Assembly: GCA_977862235.1 (NCBI GenBank)
Contig: OZ374560.1
Span: forward strand, 2,294,001-2,358,000
Origin: Dudresnaya verticillata
Taxonomy: Eukaryota
Length of the DNA: 64,000 nucleotides
Direction: 5' to 3'
Shown here: positions 23,555 through 35,555 of the stretch, piece by piece
Layout: each line of letters opens with the position of its first letter
How positions within the stretch are numbered: position 1 is the stretch's first letter
The notes under the pieces: model-generated
The model's database searches: none
What the model saw: only the letters and a program-made list of their open reading frames with translations
What the model was told of the DNA's origin: nothing
Position numbers and translations under genes: made by a program

Positions 23555-26123
23555 GCCTCTGCGAACGCATTTTAGAACTAAAGAAGTGAGACGAGTTAGA
23601 TGGCACAGTATGCACCCATAGCTAGGACCTGAAACAACAATAAACAATAGACATGAACAGAGTTGCTCATGTAGCTCATCTGTTTTCATAGTTGTGAAGA
23701 CCCTCTGCGACATAAGATTTGGTTTGCTCTTTGCGATTGGTTTATCTCCGACAAAGAGGCACGCTTGGAAAAAAGGACTGCACTACTAACAGATAAGGGG
23801 AGCCTTTGCCAACATGTATAAGCTGCTGGCATGGCATCCCTACCTTGAGATTAACATACGAGGATGGACCTTCTGAAAACCGAAGCTGCGTGTCATGCTA
23901 GTCCAACCATGCAGATTGTTCCACTCCTCTTAATACAGGGGGATGCAGAAGGCATGACCCTGGTCACAGAACGAATATCCGGACATCTGCTTGTTGCAGT
24001 CGCTATCCGTCTGACACGGAAACAGCTCCTTCATGAACTTGATCATGGTCTGCAGGTTGACCTCCGGGCGCTTCGCCTCCTTCACTGCGGCACCATTAAC
24101 AGAACCGGAGACGAGGAGAACCACGAACAGCATCGCGAACATCTTGAATAGAGCCATTATTGTAGGAGGGATAAGGGCGTGAAGAAGACTGGTGAAGAGA
24201 TTGTTGAAGAGGATGTGACGTTTCGTGGCGGAAGATTCATCTTACGGCTGGGCGCGACCTGAGTTTTATACTAAGAACTTGGCGGCCATCAGGGATGATC
24301 GTCTCATCGATCACGGTCGAGCTCAGTGAGTGCAGCCAATCTTCTTAACTTTGAGGCCCATATCATCCTATTGAGTCTATGGACCTCGGAACATCTCAGA
24401 ATGTTTCTTGTCGATTCGTCACAAGACAGTTCTCCATTGCATCCTAGCCGTATATATATGGATATATGTATTATCTGGTGAAGTGGAAGCAAGCACAGGC
24501 GTAGACACAATATGTAGTATGTTCCCCTGGGAGAAAAGTAGCAGCCGTTCTGATGTTTGGAGCCGAGCTTGCTTCTATTCAACATGCACTACTGCAAAAA
24601 CGGCCCACCGTTCCCAATAAACTTTATTTCAAGTACTCGTGAAGGCATAAGTCTCTGTCACTTAGTCAACTTGATCCAGTGCTCGGGAACGAATCCATGG
24701 TGTGGGCCCGGCTTCTGGCCCCTCGGACAATAGATGCATCCCTGCAGCTAGCTGTCAGAAAACGTACATCCCCTTTCTTCCTTTCCGTGAATTCCCTTCT
24801 TCGCAACCTCGAGATGACAGTTCCTCATTGCATCGAAAACATACTATTGGAGTCAACGAATGGGGCTTGTGTCACAGGCTGGGGAAGGGAATGGCCCGTT
24901 TCTTTCTGGACGAAACTCTGGTCAAAAATGGCTATACTGTATCGTCAAAGCAAGGAATGCGAGGGATCGCGTGAATGGAAGTTAAGGAAGCGGGTGCCTG
25001 TCTCAGGTCATATGGGCTGAGATTATTCTGGGACGGAGTATTGAATTTTATGGTTTAACTTGGAACCCTAGGGTGGGGTACTAAAGAACAGATCTGTGTT
25101 TTCAACGAATGAAGTGAATAAAGCAACGCTCTCTGCAAAGTTGCAGACCCAATTGAATGAACTACAGAATATAGTGTGTATTGCGTGCGCCATAGTTTTC
25201 TCTCAGTTTCGATCTCCTTGTGCTGAGTCACTGCACTATTTCCACAGCACTGGATTGTCAGCAGATTGGAACGAGTTGCTACTGTACTAATTTTATGAAA
25301 TTTTGTTGCGGCAACGCAAAGTCACGAGTGTCGGAGATCGATATCGCCGTGTTGAGCTCGCTGCAGCCCGCCACTCTACCCGCTCTGCTGCTTGGGCCCT
25401 GATCGCAGCTCGACATATCTAGGTGCGAAAGCGGGTGTCGACACGAACACCCTACTTCGCATCTTCATGCACAGACGGCATGCTAAGCTGTAGATATGTG
25501 GCCACCGAGTGCTACTCTCAGGAATAACTCTCACCTGGATTGCAAGTCACAGTAAAGTGTTGCAGTCATTGTGATTTTTTGTATGGTTGTAAGCAGTGTT
25601 TCAAACAGTTTATATCGGAGCGCACAACACGACACCACACATATTGTAACGAGTTGGAACCACTTCTATTCCGTGGTTGAACACCCATGAATAGCATTCT
25701 TGGGTTTATACTTTATGAGGGCAGTTTAAGGCGAGTCTGCCTAGGCATCAAAGACCCATGAGCGGAACCACTGGCGGAGTAGTTATACATGAAGAAGGAC
25801 CTGGAAAATTAACAGGAAGGCAAACCTACTGACACACGCAAAGGTATAGCGTAATGTGTTCCAGGCAGGCACAAGCCGGGAGAGATGGGCCCTTACATAG
25901 CAAAACAGGGACTGGCTGCTGAAAGGGCAATAACCACACAAGAAAAAGAGCGCGACGGAGCAGAAATGACAAGGAGACATTGGAAAATGGGTACGGAAGG
26001 TACACGCGAAGCTTAAATATTAGAAGCAAGGAACTCGGTCAACTACCATTCCCTGTGCAATTGCTACAGGACGGGCTGAGGTTATACTCTAACAAAAATA
26101 AGTGATGATGCGGACCTTTTCGT
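23555..26123. repeat. Segmental duplication block, direct copy at ~60765-63354
   Basis: Continuous collinear match. Homology resumes at 39435-39466 and 43621-43770 against 63800-64000. Confidence 0.9.
23930..24157 (-). CDS. Small secreted Cys-rich peptide, copy 5 (subtype A, 75 aa)
   Basis: Mature part identical to copy 1; intact; TATAAAA at ~24264-24270. Confidence 0.9.
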   Translation of the reverse strand: MALFKMFAMLFVVLLVSGSVNGAAVKEAKRPEVNLQTMIKFMKELFPCQTDSDCNKQMSGYSFCDQGHAFCIPLY

Positions 26124-26486
26124 CTGTGCTGACGCCCGCGGGCTCCCTTTATTAGGTAAAAAGCAGAGTGTGAGCTGAGCTGCTCAGGTCGTACGACTCA
26201 GGCTATTCGGTAGACTGCACGATCGCAGCCTCCGCCCTGGATCGGGCAGATCCAGGCTGGCGCAGCTAGTCGCGCACTGTCATATTGTACAATGCAGTCC
26301 TGTACCCAGGCAGGGTACACTGCTGTGCTGCAGAGAGGAGGTACCATACACTGTATAGTGCGCAGCGTTGCCTCTGCTGGCAGGGTCCGAGTAGAGGTAG
26401 ACTCTTTCCCCACAGACTCCCTGCTTGGGATTGCACCCGTCCGCACTGCCCCAGGCTCCCTGTGCCCGGGTGTGCTCCCAGGCGAG

Positions 26487-27177
26487 TGTAGTAGTATGGC
26501 GCGACGAGCCAGTAGCCCGCTAAACGGCAAGGAAAGCTGTCCCGTGCGCGCACACACCCTAACGAGGGTAGCTCAATGGGGAGTTGGTAGAGACTTTGAG
26601 GGAAAAGGGAAAAAGGCTAGCGTGCCTGAAATAAAGGGGAAAAGGGGCGGCGCCACCCTAACACTCGTAGAGTACAAAGCCGTACGAGGCTAAAGCTTTT
26701 AATGCACCTGGAAGGGGGAGTACGGTGAGCCCGTGTAGACCAAAGAAAGGGTACAGACCCGAAACCAACCGTAGGGTTCTATTCAGCAGACCCCTGCTAG
26801 TCAGGGGCGCAATAAATATGGCGAAGGCCGAAAGCGCCTTCGCCGCCATTCCTATTCTAAGCTATTGAAGTTAGCGTTAATAATTACAATGAGGTAGTGA
26901 GCGGTCGTACTCCGCCCTGCGCACGTAAGGTGCTTATGACTCGGGCGCGCTCCTGCGCGTAAGGCCATGGTAAATCAGCCAATCACGGCTAGCCATCTCA
27001 TTGGCGCCGTTCTGTTCCCAGCAATGCCATATGGAGTGGCCAGCAATACACTGGGCCTTACCGGGCGGCAGTACGGGCGGAGCCTTACAGGCGCATGCCA
27101 CGCGCAACATTACCCGCGCATTACAGGCGCAAAACACGTGTACGTGCTTACAGCCGCTGGCGGATCATTGTACCACA
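26487..27177 (-). repeat. 3' LTR
   Basis: tgtagtagta...taccaca; about 13 substitutions and 1 indel versus 38699-39388 by manual count. PPT agagagggggccg is adjacent (27178-27190, minus strand). Confidence 0.95.
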
Positions 27178-27589
27178 CGGCCCCCTCTCTAAAGCTGAGA
27201 GACCCGCGAAGCCAGCAAGGCTGTTTCCATTGGCCCTGTCGTGCGGACGCGTGTGGACGTCCCAAACGGCCCGTTGAGGGCGGATGTAACCGCCACCAAA
27301 TCGCCCGTGTCGCGACGTGCGAGGGCGACAAATCATAGCACGCCCCTCCGGCGCCGGGTTCCCCGTCTCGACGAGACTCCATTATCGCTTTCGCACGAAA
27401 GCTGTGAGCGGCGGCCTATTTCAAGCGCGTGTGGGCGCGGGCCTCTGCCGTCACCTCCGCCTATCTCGGCGCATCACAATCCACTCCGTCGCTTCCTCCC
27501 TCGCCGCTTGGGCTGTGCTTCCTTCCTCGCTGTTTGGGTGCTCTCTGCCATCCCGCGCGCCAGCCCGCGCCAACCGCAAGCCGCGCCAA

Positions 27590-27716
27590 GCGCCGTCTGC
27601 GCTTCGCAGCCCAACGTCTTCAAGCGCCGTTCCCGCTTCGCAGCCCAACTTCTTCACGCGCCGTTTGCTCTTCGCAGCCCAACGTCTTCACGCGCCGTTT
27701 GCGCTTCGCAGCCCAC
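27590..27716. repeat. ~33-bp tandem repeat x4 inside the Gypsy element
   Basis: gcgccgtttgcgcttcgcagcccaacgtcttca-like units. Confidence 0.8.
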
Positions 27717-27779
27717 TAGGGTGCAGGTGAACAAGTCGAACAAGAAAGCCTCGTCGTGGCTCAGGAGCAGGAGTTTGTG

Positions 27780-29987
27780 ATGAGCGGGAACCAAAACATG
27801 GCATTCTGTGCCGCTGGGTCGAGTATGGGTGTACTCGGTGTGTAGATGGATGAGGCAGGCGTGCCTTTGAGTATCAAGAATAGCCGTGATTGGCGCGTGC
27901 GCACAGACCTTGCCCACATCAAGAACAACGCGGGCGCCGACCGCAGCGAGATCCGACGTCGCGGCGCGCGCCGTGCGCAGCGCCGCACTTGGCATGCTCA
28001 CGGTCGTCACCGTCTGGGTCTCTTGACTGGATTCAATCGCGAGTTGCCGACTTTGGACGCCCCCTTGAAGTGGGATCTGGCACACCCCCGTTTTCGTCAT
28101 GAGGTACAGTACACTTCCGCCTTGTCACGGCTTATCAACTTCCGAATGGATGAGCTCAACGCCGTGCACAACGCCGGTACTTACGATCTGGCTATCGTCT
28201 ACCACCCCAGGCCCCTGATTCGTCCAGGACGGGACAACTACCCGTATACGATGGCGCGGATTGTCCGGTGGGACGAGTCGTCAAACTTCAAGTATGCCTT
28301 AGATAATCCGCAGACGGCCATGCCGACCGATTTAGTACGCTTCGAGCGTCGTCATCGCCATCGTACTGGCTGTTTCGTCCCGGCTCACTGCCAGGAGGTG
28401 ACGTCCATACGTCCAGAGTTCTACCGGATTAAGTATCTTCAAGTCCCGGATGGCCAAGATGGCTTGGAAGTTTCATATTCGATGCCCGTTGGCACTCCAG
28501 CCATTCTGGCTTACCTTGGTTTAGAGATGATGAGTGTCCCTTACGACGAATCCCAGTTATGGACAATTTTCCGACACGAGTGGATCGTAATGGTGGCCCA
28601 AGTCTTCATGTACGAGGCCCGTCGGGGCTTCTTATACATCATCACTAAGCCATTACGGGCTCGTATCCGCTTTATCGGCTCGACCGCCTTTACCGCCAAC
28701 GCGGAAGACGCCGCGGATCTGTATTCCATCTTGTCATTTGTGGAGCGGGTCCGCTGGAGCCGGGTCACTAAGCGGAACCGCTTCTTGCCCGAAAACACTG
28801 GGCACATCACGCCCGTCTATGACCGGGGTGATTGGGTGGAGTTCGATCTGTAGAAGTGGACTCCCATCTTGCCCGACTGCATGATGGCGGAGTGCCCTGG
28901 TGAGGGCGGGACCATCTCGTTGGACGAGGGTGAGCGCCGTTCCGTCTACACCCGCGGTTGGGTTAGCGTCAAATGGCGGGATGAAGGTCCCTCGAACCCA
29001 GATGAGGTGCCATCTTTTGACGACACGGTCGATGGACAGCCGCAAGGCCCATACGCGCCACCCGTGGCTCATCACTATCGTGCAGATGCGGAAATCCGCG
29101 ACTTGTTTAACCGTCGTGGTTTAGCCATCCGCTTGGCAGTTCATTGGAACATACACAATTTGAACCTGTCCTCGTTAGCGGATTGGGTAGAAGCTGTTCT
29201 AGCCGAGTACGAGGCTCATTGGATAGAGACACCGGGTCCTATCGAGCAAGCCCGTTTGGGGGCTCACTTGCGGTCGCTTCCGCCGTTGGGTGGTGTCAAG
29301 GCTGAGGCCAAGACTTCGAGCTCGGTGGATGAGGTTGGCTAGAAGAGCCGAAAATGACTGGGTCATCCGCAGCGTCCAGCTGCTGTAGCCCAAGGGGCGA
29401 TCGGCGCCAACCTGGGGCTTGATGCCCGTGAAGCCACTGAGGTTGATACCAGCAAGATCCCTCGCGAGGAAAATGTCGAAGCCCCGGTCCCGCCGGTTGT
29501 TCAGCCCGGGCTAACTTTGGTGCCGCCTGTTCAGCCACTTTCTTCGGCTTCCGCCGATGTGGCTCAGGCTACTGATGACCAAGGTCAGGAGGTCCCGTCG
29601 GCTAACAAATCTGCCGCCACGCAGCCCGTCGGGGCTGAAGCAGGGGCTACGGAGGCCCCAGTTACGGCCGGTGGGCCTTTGACGTCAGACCCGATAACTT
29701 CTGAAGTCATTGTGAAGACGGAGATCCTCCTCAAAGAGGAGGAGGAAATAGAGCCCATGGAGGGCGAGGGGGAGCGCGATGGCTCTCCCATGGATATCGA
29801 GGGGCAGGGTTTAGGACGTGATGGCGCAGCCAGTGAAGGCTTTGGTGGACGTCGAGGTCGCGGCCCTCGTCGTGGGCGTGGAGCGCGCATTGTGCGCGAA
29901 GTGCACCGCGTCACGACGACGCGTGCGCCGTCTGGGCCTAACCCTCCGCTCGAGGAGAATGAGGTCATTGAACTTCTTTCCGATTAG
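27780..29987 (+). pseudogene. Extra antisense ORF of the Gypsy element (~735 codons, unknown function, four in-frame stops)
   Basis: ORFs 27846-28853, 28869-29342 and 29517-29987 are all in one frame, separated only by TAG 27843, TAG 28851, TAG 29340 and TGA 29355. Confidence 0.75.
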
Positions 29988-31079
29988 CGGGTAGCGCGTC
30001 GACTCCAGGTCCATGCCTTAGACTTGCGAGCGGCTGGTCCGCTGAATAAATTCGTCTTGTATGCTTGACTCCCTTGCCTGTGGAAGGCGTATGCGGTGGC
30101 ATTATGCGACTTGGCGACTCCATCCTGTCCCGTCGGGGACTTAGCGGATTTCATCGCGTTGTGCAGTGCCAGCGTAGTAGCCGGGGCACCTACAGGTAGG
30201 GAACCTCTCTCCACGCGACGGTGTCTTCGCCACGCGCCGTGGGACGACCCCGTTATTGGGTAATCAATCCGCCTCTCTGGTGCCACTCGAGGAGTGAGAG
30301 GGTGCCAGCAATGCGGCGTAATGCCCGAGAGGGGGCGACACTGGCCCACAGTAGCGTCGGGAACACTGTACTTGCTGCGTCTCGCGCCCCGTTAGCGCGC
30401 CCTCATTGGGTATTTCATTCCGCCTCCCAGGCTATGAGGGCCTATCAGCGACGGACCTCTCTCTCTACAGTAGCGAGATGATGCACTGTAGAGGTTTTTG
30501 GCGCCAAGGCCGTCTTCATCGCCGAGCAGCCATGCTATGGGCGGGCACGCTGAGACTCATGCGTCTTACGCGACCCTTGCTTCTCTCATCCTGTCGAAGG
30601 TTGGACTAAGGCGAGAGGCTCTACAAGCCGTGAGGTTTTTCCTCGATTCACACATATATGTGTTCGACGTATGTACATTTCTTCTATCCAGAATCTTGAT
30701 TCTTCCATGTCTTCCTAACCACATCTATCCATTTCCACATCTATCCATGTAGCTATACAGCTCATCTATCCAGAATCTCGATTCTTGAATCATCTATCCA
30801 TTTCCAGAGTCTTGACTCTTCTATTTCCATCTATACAGTTTGTTGTTAGTCAGCTCATCAGCTTAAAAGGGGGAATGGTCATTCCCATTTCCTATTGTTA
30901 TACACAGGCCCATTGGCCGTTCTTGTTATCGCTACTGCAGAGCGTAGTTCTCGTCATCCACAATGGGTTAACCTCTTTAGACGCTTATTCGCAACTGCCA
31001 CCTGCGTTTGCAGGGCCAGATCTAGCCTCTTCTCGGCGAACTTGCTCTTCTTGAGCGATGACCTAGCGTGAGACGCTTA

Positions 31080-34000
31080 TTACGGGAGAGCGACCCCTTT
31101 GACTCGATGGTATCTTGCCACCAAGTTATGAGGAAGATGTTCCTTGGGCTCCCAGGTGTCTTCGGAGGCTGGGAGCTGAAACCACCGAACACGGTAGAGG
31201 CGTCGATCAGCGTCGTACGACACAATACGGTCGTAAACTCGCTCGCGCAGCGGCGCTTTCTTAAAACGAGAAAACTTCCGCGGGGAGGTGGTGTCGTTCG
31301 GCATTGTCGCCGAAGTGTTGGCCGCGGCAGTTTCAGGATCGCGATCCGGATCGGGAGGGGCCGCAGCCACTGTCTCTTCGGGACTTGGTATGGATGCCCC
31401 ATCAGCAGGCGGCACCGCGAGAGTCGGATTATCCGTAATATCGGTAACTCCCTGTCTTTCGGGAGTGTGAGGATCTCTATCCGCATTTGCGCCTTGTGGC
31501 ATGAGGTCCACTACTGAAGGGTCTTGACCCTGTGCGCTTGGTTCTTCATGCGGTGAGGGGGCCAAGGTAACCCGGTCCAGAGATATCGTCTCTCTATCTC
31601 CTTTGATGTCTAGAACGACAACGTGTGTTCCACGTTCTAGAACCTTATACGGCCCGAGAGCCTTAGGGAACAACTTCCCCTCACGGGCCACACCTGAAGC
31701 GTCCTTCACCTTCGTTTCCCTTTTTAGGAACACCCACGATCCGGGTCTTACCCTCTGGTTAGCAGGCCGGATTCGGTTATTGAAATTAGTTTCATAGCGC
31801 CGTTGCGCTAATTTCATTCGAGGCAACGCCGTATCCATCAGCTTCTCCAAGCGAGCAGTTAACCGCTTCTTGACGTTAGTCGCCGGAATGCGATCGACGT
31901 TCACCGTCTCCGCTTGTTCCATCAAGATGGATGTTGGTGGATTAGATAGCACCAAATCGAAAGGCGCCAGGCCCGTAGCCCGATGTACAGTAGTATTGTA
32001 CGCGTACGTCAACGCCGAATTGAATTCATCCCAGTCCTTCTGAAGTGTCGCAAACCCGCTAAGAGGGTCCGATTGAACCGTTCGGTCTGACCGTTGGTCT
32101 GAGGATGATAGGTCGACGTAAACATATTCCTAATTCGAAGGATGTCGCAGACGGCGAGGAAGAACTTGGATTCGAATTGCGAGCCATTGTCCGAAAGGAC
32201 ATAACGGGGTGGACCGTATATGAAGATCCAATGCTCACAGAAAGCCTTGGCTACGGTATAAGCCGTAACTGTCTTCAGTGGTATCGCTCGCGTGAGCTTG
32301 GAGAACCTGTCAGTCATGACTAAGAGGAACTCGTTTCCTTTCCCTGAGCGGGTCAGGGGTCCGAGGATGTCGATCCCTACGAATTCCAAAGGCAGTGTTG
32401 CCGGGAATAGCTTCATGTGGGAAGTATGCTGTCGAAGCTGGACGCGTTCTTGTGCGCACTTGACGCAGTTTCTTACTGTCGCGTAAACATCGAGAGACAT
32501 TTCGGGCCAATATACCTGACGTCGAAGGTTGTGATACATCCTGGTGCCACCCGGGTGGCCGGCCAAATCCGGGTAGTGCGCTAGGTGTAGAACCTTTTCT
32601 TTCAGCGATCTAGGTACGAGTACCTGTAGCGCGCGGTCGATGTATGACTTACGGACTAGGAGCCCGCGCTCATCTTCGAGGTAGCAACCGGGTTTACCCG
32701 TTTCGAGGTTCCGTCGGACCCATATACAAAAGTCATCGGACTTCTGCTCTCGGAGCAACTCCTCCACCCTTATTAGGGAGAGACCCTTCTGGCTTGACTC
32801 TTTGTCGGCCACTTGCGCTATCAGCTGCTCGTCACCCGAAGGGTCATCGTCCTCAGTTTCGACTTCCCAAACCTCTAAGGGTCGGGGTGGTGCACCCGTT
32901 CGCGGTTTCCAGGTTGACGACCGTTCGTCGCAGGCGTCCCTTCGATCGTCTTCGATTACAAAACAGGGGATCTCGAGGTCCGGTTCCCACTGGGCAAAGC
33001 CGTAGGTTGGCAGCCGAGAGACGGCATCAGCGATCTGATTCTTCTTTCCTTTTCGGTATTGTACCGTGAAATCATATTCCAACAGGCGTAGCCTCCAACA
33101 GGCCAGTCGCCCTGAAGCATCGGTCATGCTCATCATCCATTTTAAAGCTTAATGATCCGTATACAGGTCAAAGTGGGACCGTTCCAAATATGGACGAAGC
33201 ATCTGCGTTGCCCAGACCACTGATAGGCATTCTTTCTCGCCTACCGAGTAGTTCTTTTCCGCCTGCGTTAGGCCGCGGCTCCAAAACACTATGGGATGTC
33301 GGGTGCCATCCTCTTCCATCTGCATCACTGCGCACCCTATTTGGTAATCACAGGCGTCCGTGTCGACGGAGAGAGCCTTACCTTCTTGAGGGAGCCGCAG
33401 TATCGGCGGAGCGACTCACGCTTTCTTGAGAAGTTCAAACGCTTCTCGCTGACGTTCGTCGAACGTTGGCAACTCGAAGCCCTCATCCTTTTGTAGGAGT
33501 GCGTTGAGCGGGGCCGCCACGCGCGCGAAGTTAGGCACGAAGCGCCTGTACACATTACAGATTCCAATAAATGACCGTAACTGGGTCTGAGTCTTCGGCT
33601 CCTTAAACCCTTCGAAGGCTTGGTATTCTTGGTTGCCACTTCCAGCAATCCTGGGCGGATCACTTGCCCTAAGTAATCAACGCTCTTCGTGAAGAAGTTG
33701 CACTTCTTTAGTTTCAGCGAAACGCCTGCTTCTTGAAGTACTTCTAGAATGTTCTTCACGTGTTTGAGGTGTTCGTCGACCGTCGTCGAGAATATAATGA
33801 TGTCGTCCAAATAGATTAAACAGGTTTTCCACCTGAATCCGGAGAGTAGGATATCAACCGTACGTTGAAAGGTCGCGGGAGCGTTACAGAGCCCGAAGGG
33901 CATTCTGCAAAACTGGAAACATCCGGCATGGCAAGTGAAAGCCGTTTTGTGCTTGTCATCTTCCTCGACTGGAATTTGCCAATACCCGGAATTACAATCC

Positions 34001-35555
34001 AAGGTTGTAAAGTATTGGGCGTTTCCCAGCGAGTCTAGGCACTCGTCCATCCGCGGGAGAGGGTAAGTGTCTTTCACTGTGATAGCGTTGAGCTTGCGGT
34101 AATCTACGCAGAAACGTAGGGACCCATCGGGTTTCTTGACCAGCACTACGGGGCTTGCGAACTCCGTGCGAGCAGGCTCGATGACGCCTTCTTTTAGCAT
34201 CTTGTCTACTTCGTCTTGTTCGACTTGTCTAGCTTTCGGACCCGACCGATAGGGTTGCGAGAATACAGGTTTCGCACCTTCTTGTAGTTCAATTCGGTGC
34301 TTCGTCACCTTTATTGTTCCCAGCTGGCCGTCCCACATACCGGCGAACGGTCGGAGCATTTTTCGTACTCGACGACGGTCCGGCTCGGACAGGTGCTCCA
34401 GTGCCAAGTCATCGACTGACATTGGAGGTGGTGTAGAGGTTGCTGTTTTAATTCCAGGCTTTGCGCCTTCGCTACCGAGAGCAGCAGCGAGTCCCGCCCC
34501 CCCCCCACATCGGGGAATGTGTCCGGTTGAGGACTGGACACGGAGGTGTCAGGAGTTAGGGCAGGATCAGATTCCTCGATGGAAACAGCGTACACCGGCG
34601 TCCGGGTGGGCGCCGGTACAGCCTTTCCGAGGCTTTGATTCTTCTGAAGCTGCTGCATGCGCGGCGAGAAGTTCGCAACCTTCACGTGGAAGAGCCGATT
34701 CCATTGTAGATCGACGATACCGTTGGTCACGACCACGTGTTGGCGGTCGTATAGCCGTGGAAATGATTCTAGGAAGTGCGTTCCTTGGGCCGAGCAGGTC
34801 ACGGCGACCCATGTCTCACTGCCCGGCGGTAAGTTAGTGCGTACGGCGACTCGTATTAGTCGCGAGGTAGTTAAAGGAGGGACATCCATTGGTTCTGAGG
34901 GTGGACCTTCACGGGGTATGCCGCAACGGCGCCTTAGGATAGGGTGTATCGACCCGTCTCGGAGAACGATGTTCTGTTTCCGAACACGTAGACCCTCGAC
35001 GTGGGTATCGATAAACGTGCACCCCAGGATGGCATCCACTGCAAGCGCCTTGACGACAACAAAAGGTTGTCGAACCGTGTATGAGCCCACGCGTACAACC
35101 AGCGAGATGGTTCCCAGTGTAGTTAGTCTATGACTTGACGCAGACGTCAAGTTGACGATCGACCTGTTCGTCGAGATGCGTTTATTTTCTTCCGGAGAAA
35201 GAACGTCCGCCCGGATCAGATTAGGGCCAGCCCCTGTATCCAATACGGATAGTACTCGAGTGAGTTTGTCCACAGAAGTACCGACGGACGCAGCAACTTT
35301 ATAGTTGTAGCGTGACAGGGAACAGACTGAGTCCTTACAATACTCGTCATACGTACGCCCACGGGGTAAGCCCATGGGGCGGGTTAAGATGTTCTTCGGA
35401 ACAGAAGCGACATTCTCATGTGAAACCGGTCGATCCGTGGAGAAGCTGTCGAAGCTTTTGCTAGTGAAGCTGCGTTCAGCGAATCGATCGGGGGGTTCCG
35501 AGGTAAGCTGAGTGATCGGGTCAACCGAAACCGGTTCCCCCCTCTCTAGTTTTTC
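31080..35555 (-). pseudogene. pol: pol polyprotein (PR-RT-RNase H-integrase-chromodomain), frameshifted
   Basis: Protease LDTGAG; RT LRFCVDYRKLN and YLDD; integrase H...H...CVKC zinc finger and IDILGP/SDNG/QTER core; chromodomain YRVRW...EDTWEP. Frameshifts near 34420-34500, 33620 and 32040; TAA near 33150. Confidence 0.93.

Noticed and set aside
27590..27716. CRISPR-like array
   Set aside because: The units are contiguous tandem repeats without unique spacers, inside a eukaryotic retrotransposon, with no cas genes.
27846..28853. env gene
   Set aside because: Antisense to gag-pol and lacks a signal peptide or clear transmembrane anchor.
30860..30880. Plus-strand PPT-like tract cttaaaagggggaatg marking a nested LTR element
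   Set aside because: No second LTR copy, TSD or coding remnant was found to support it.
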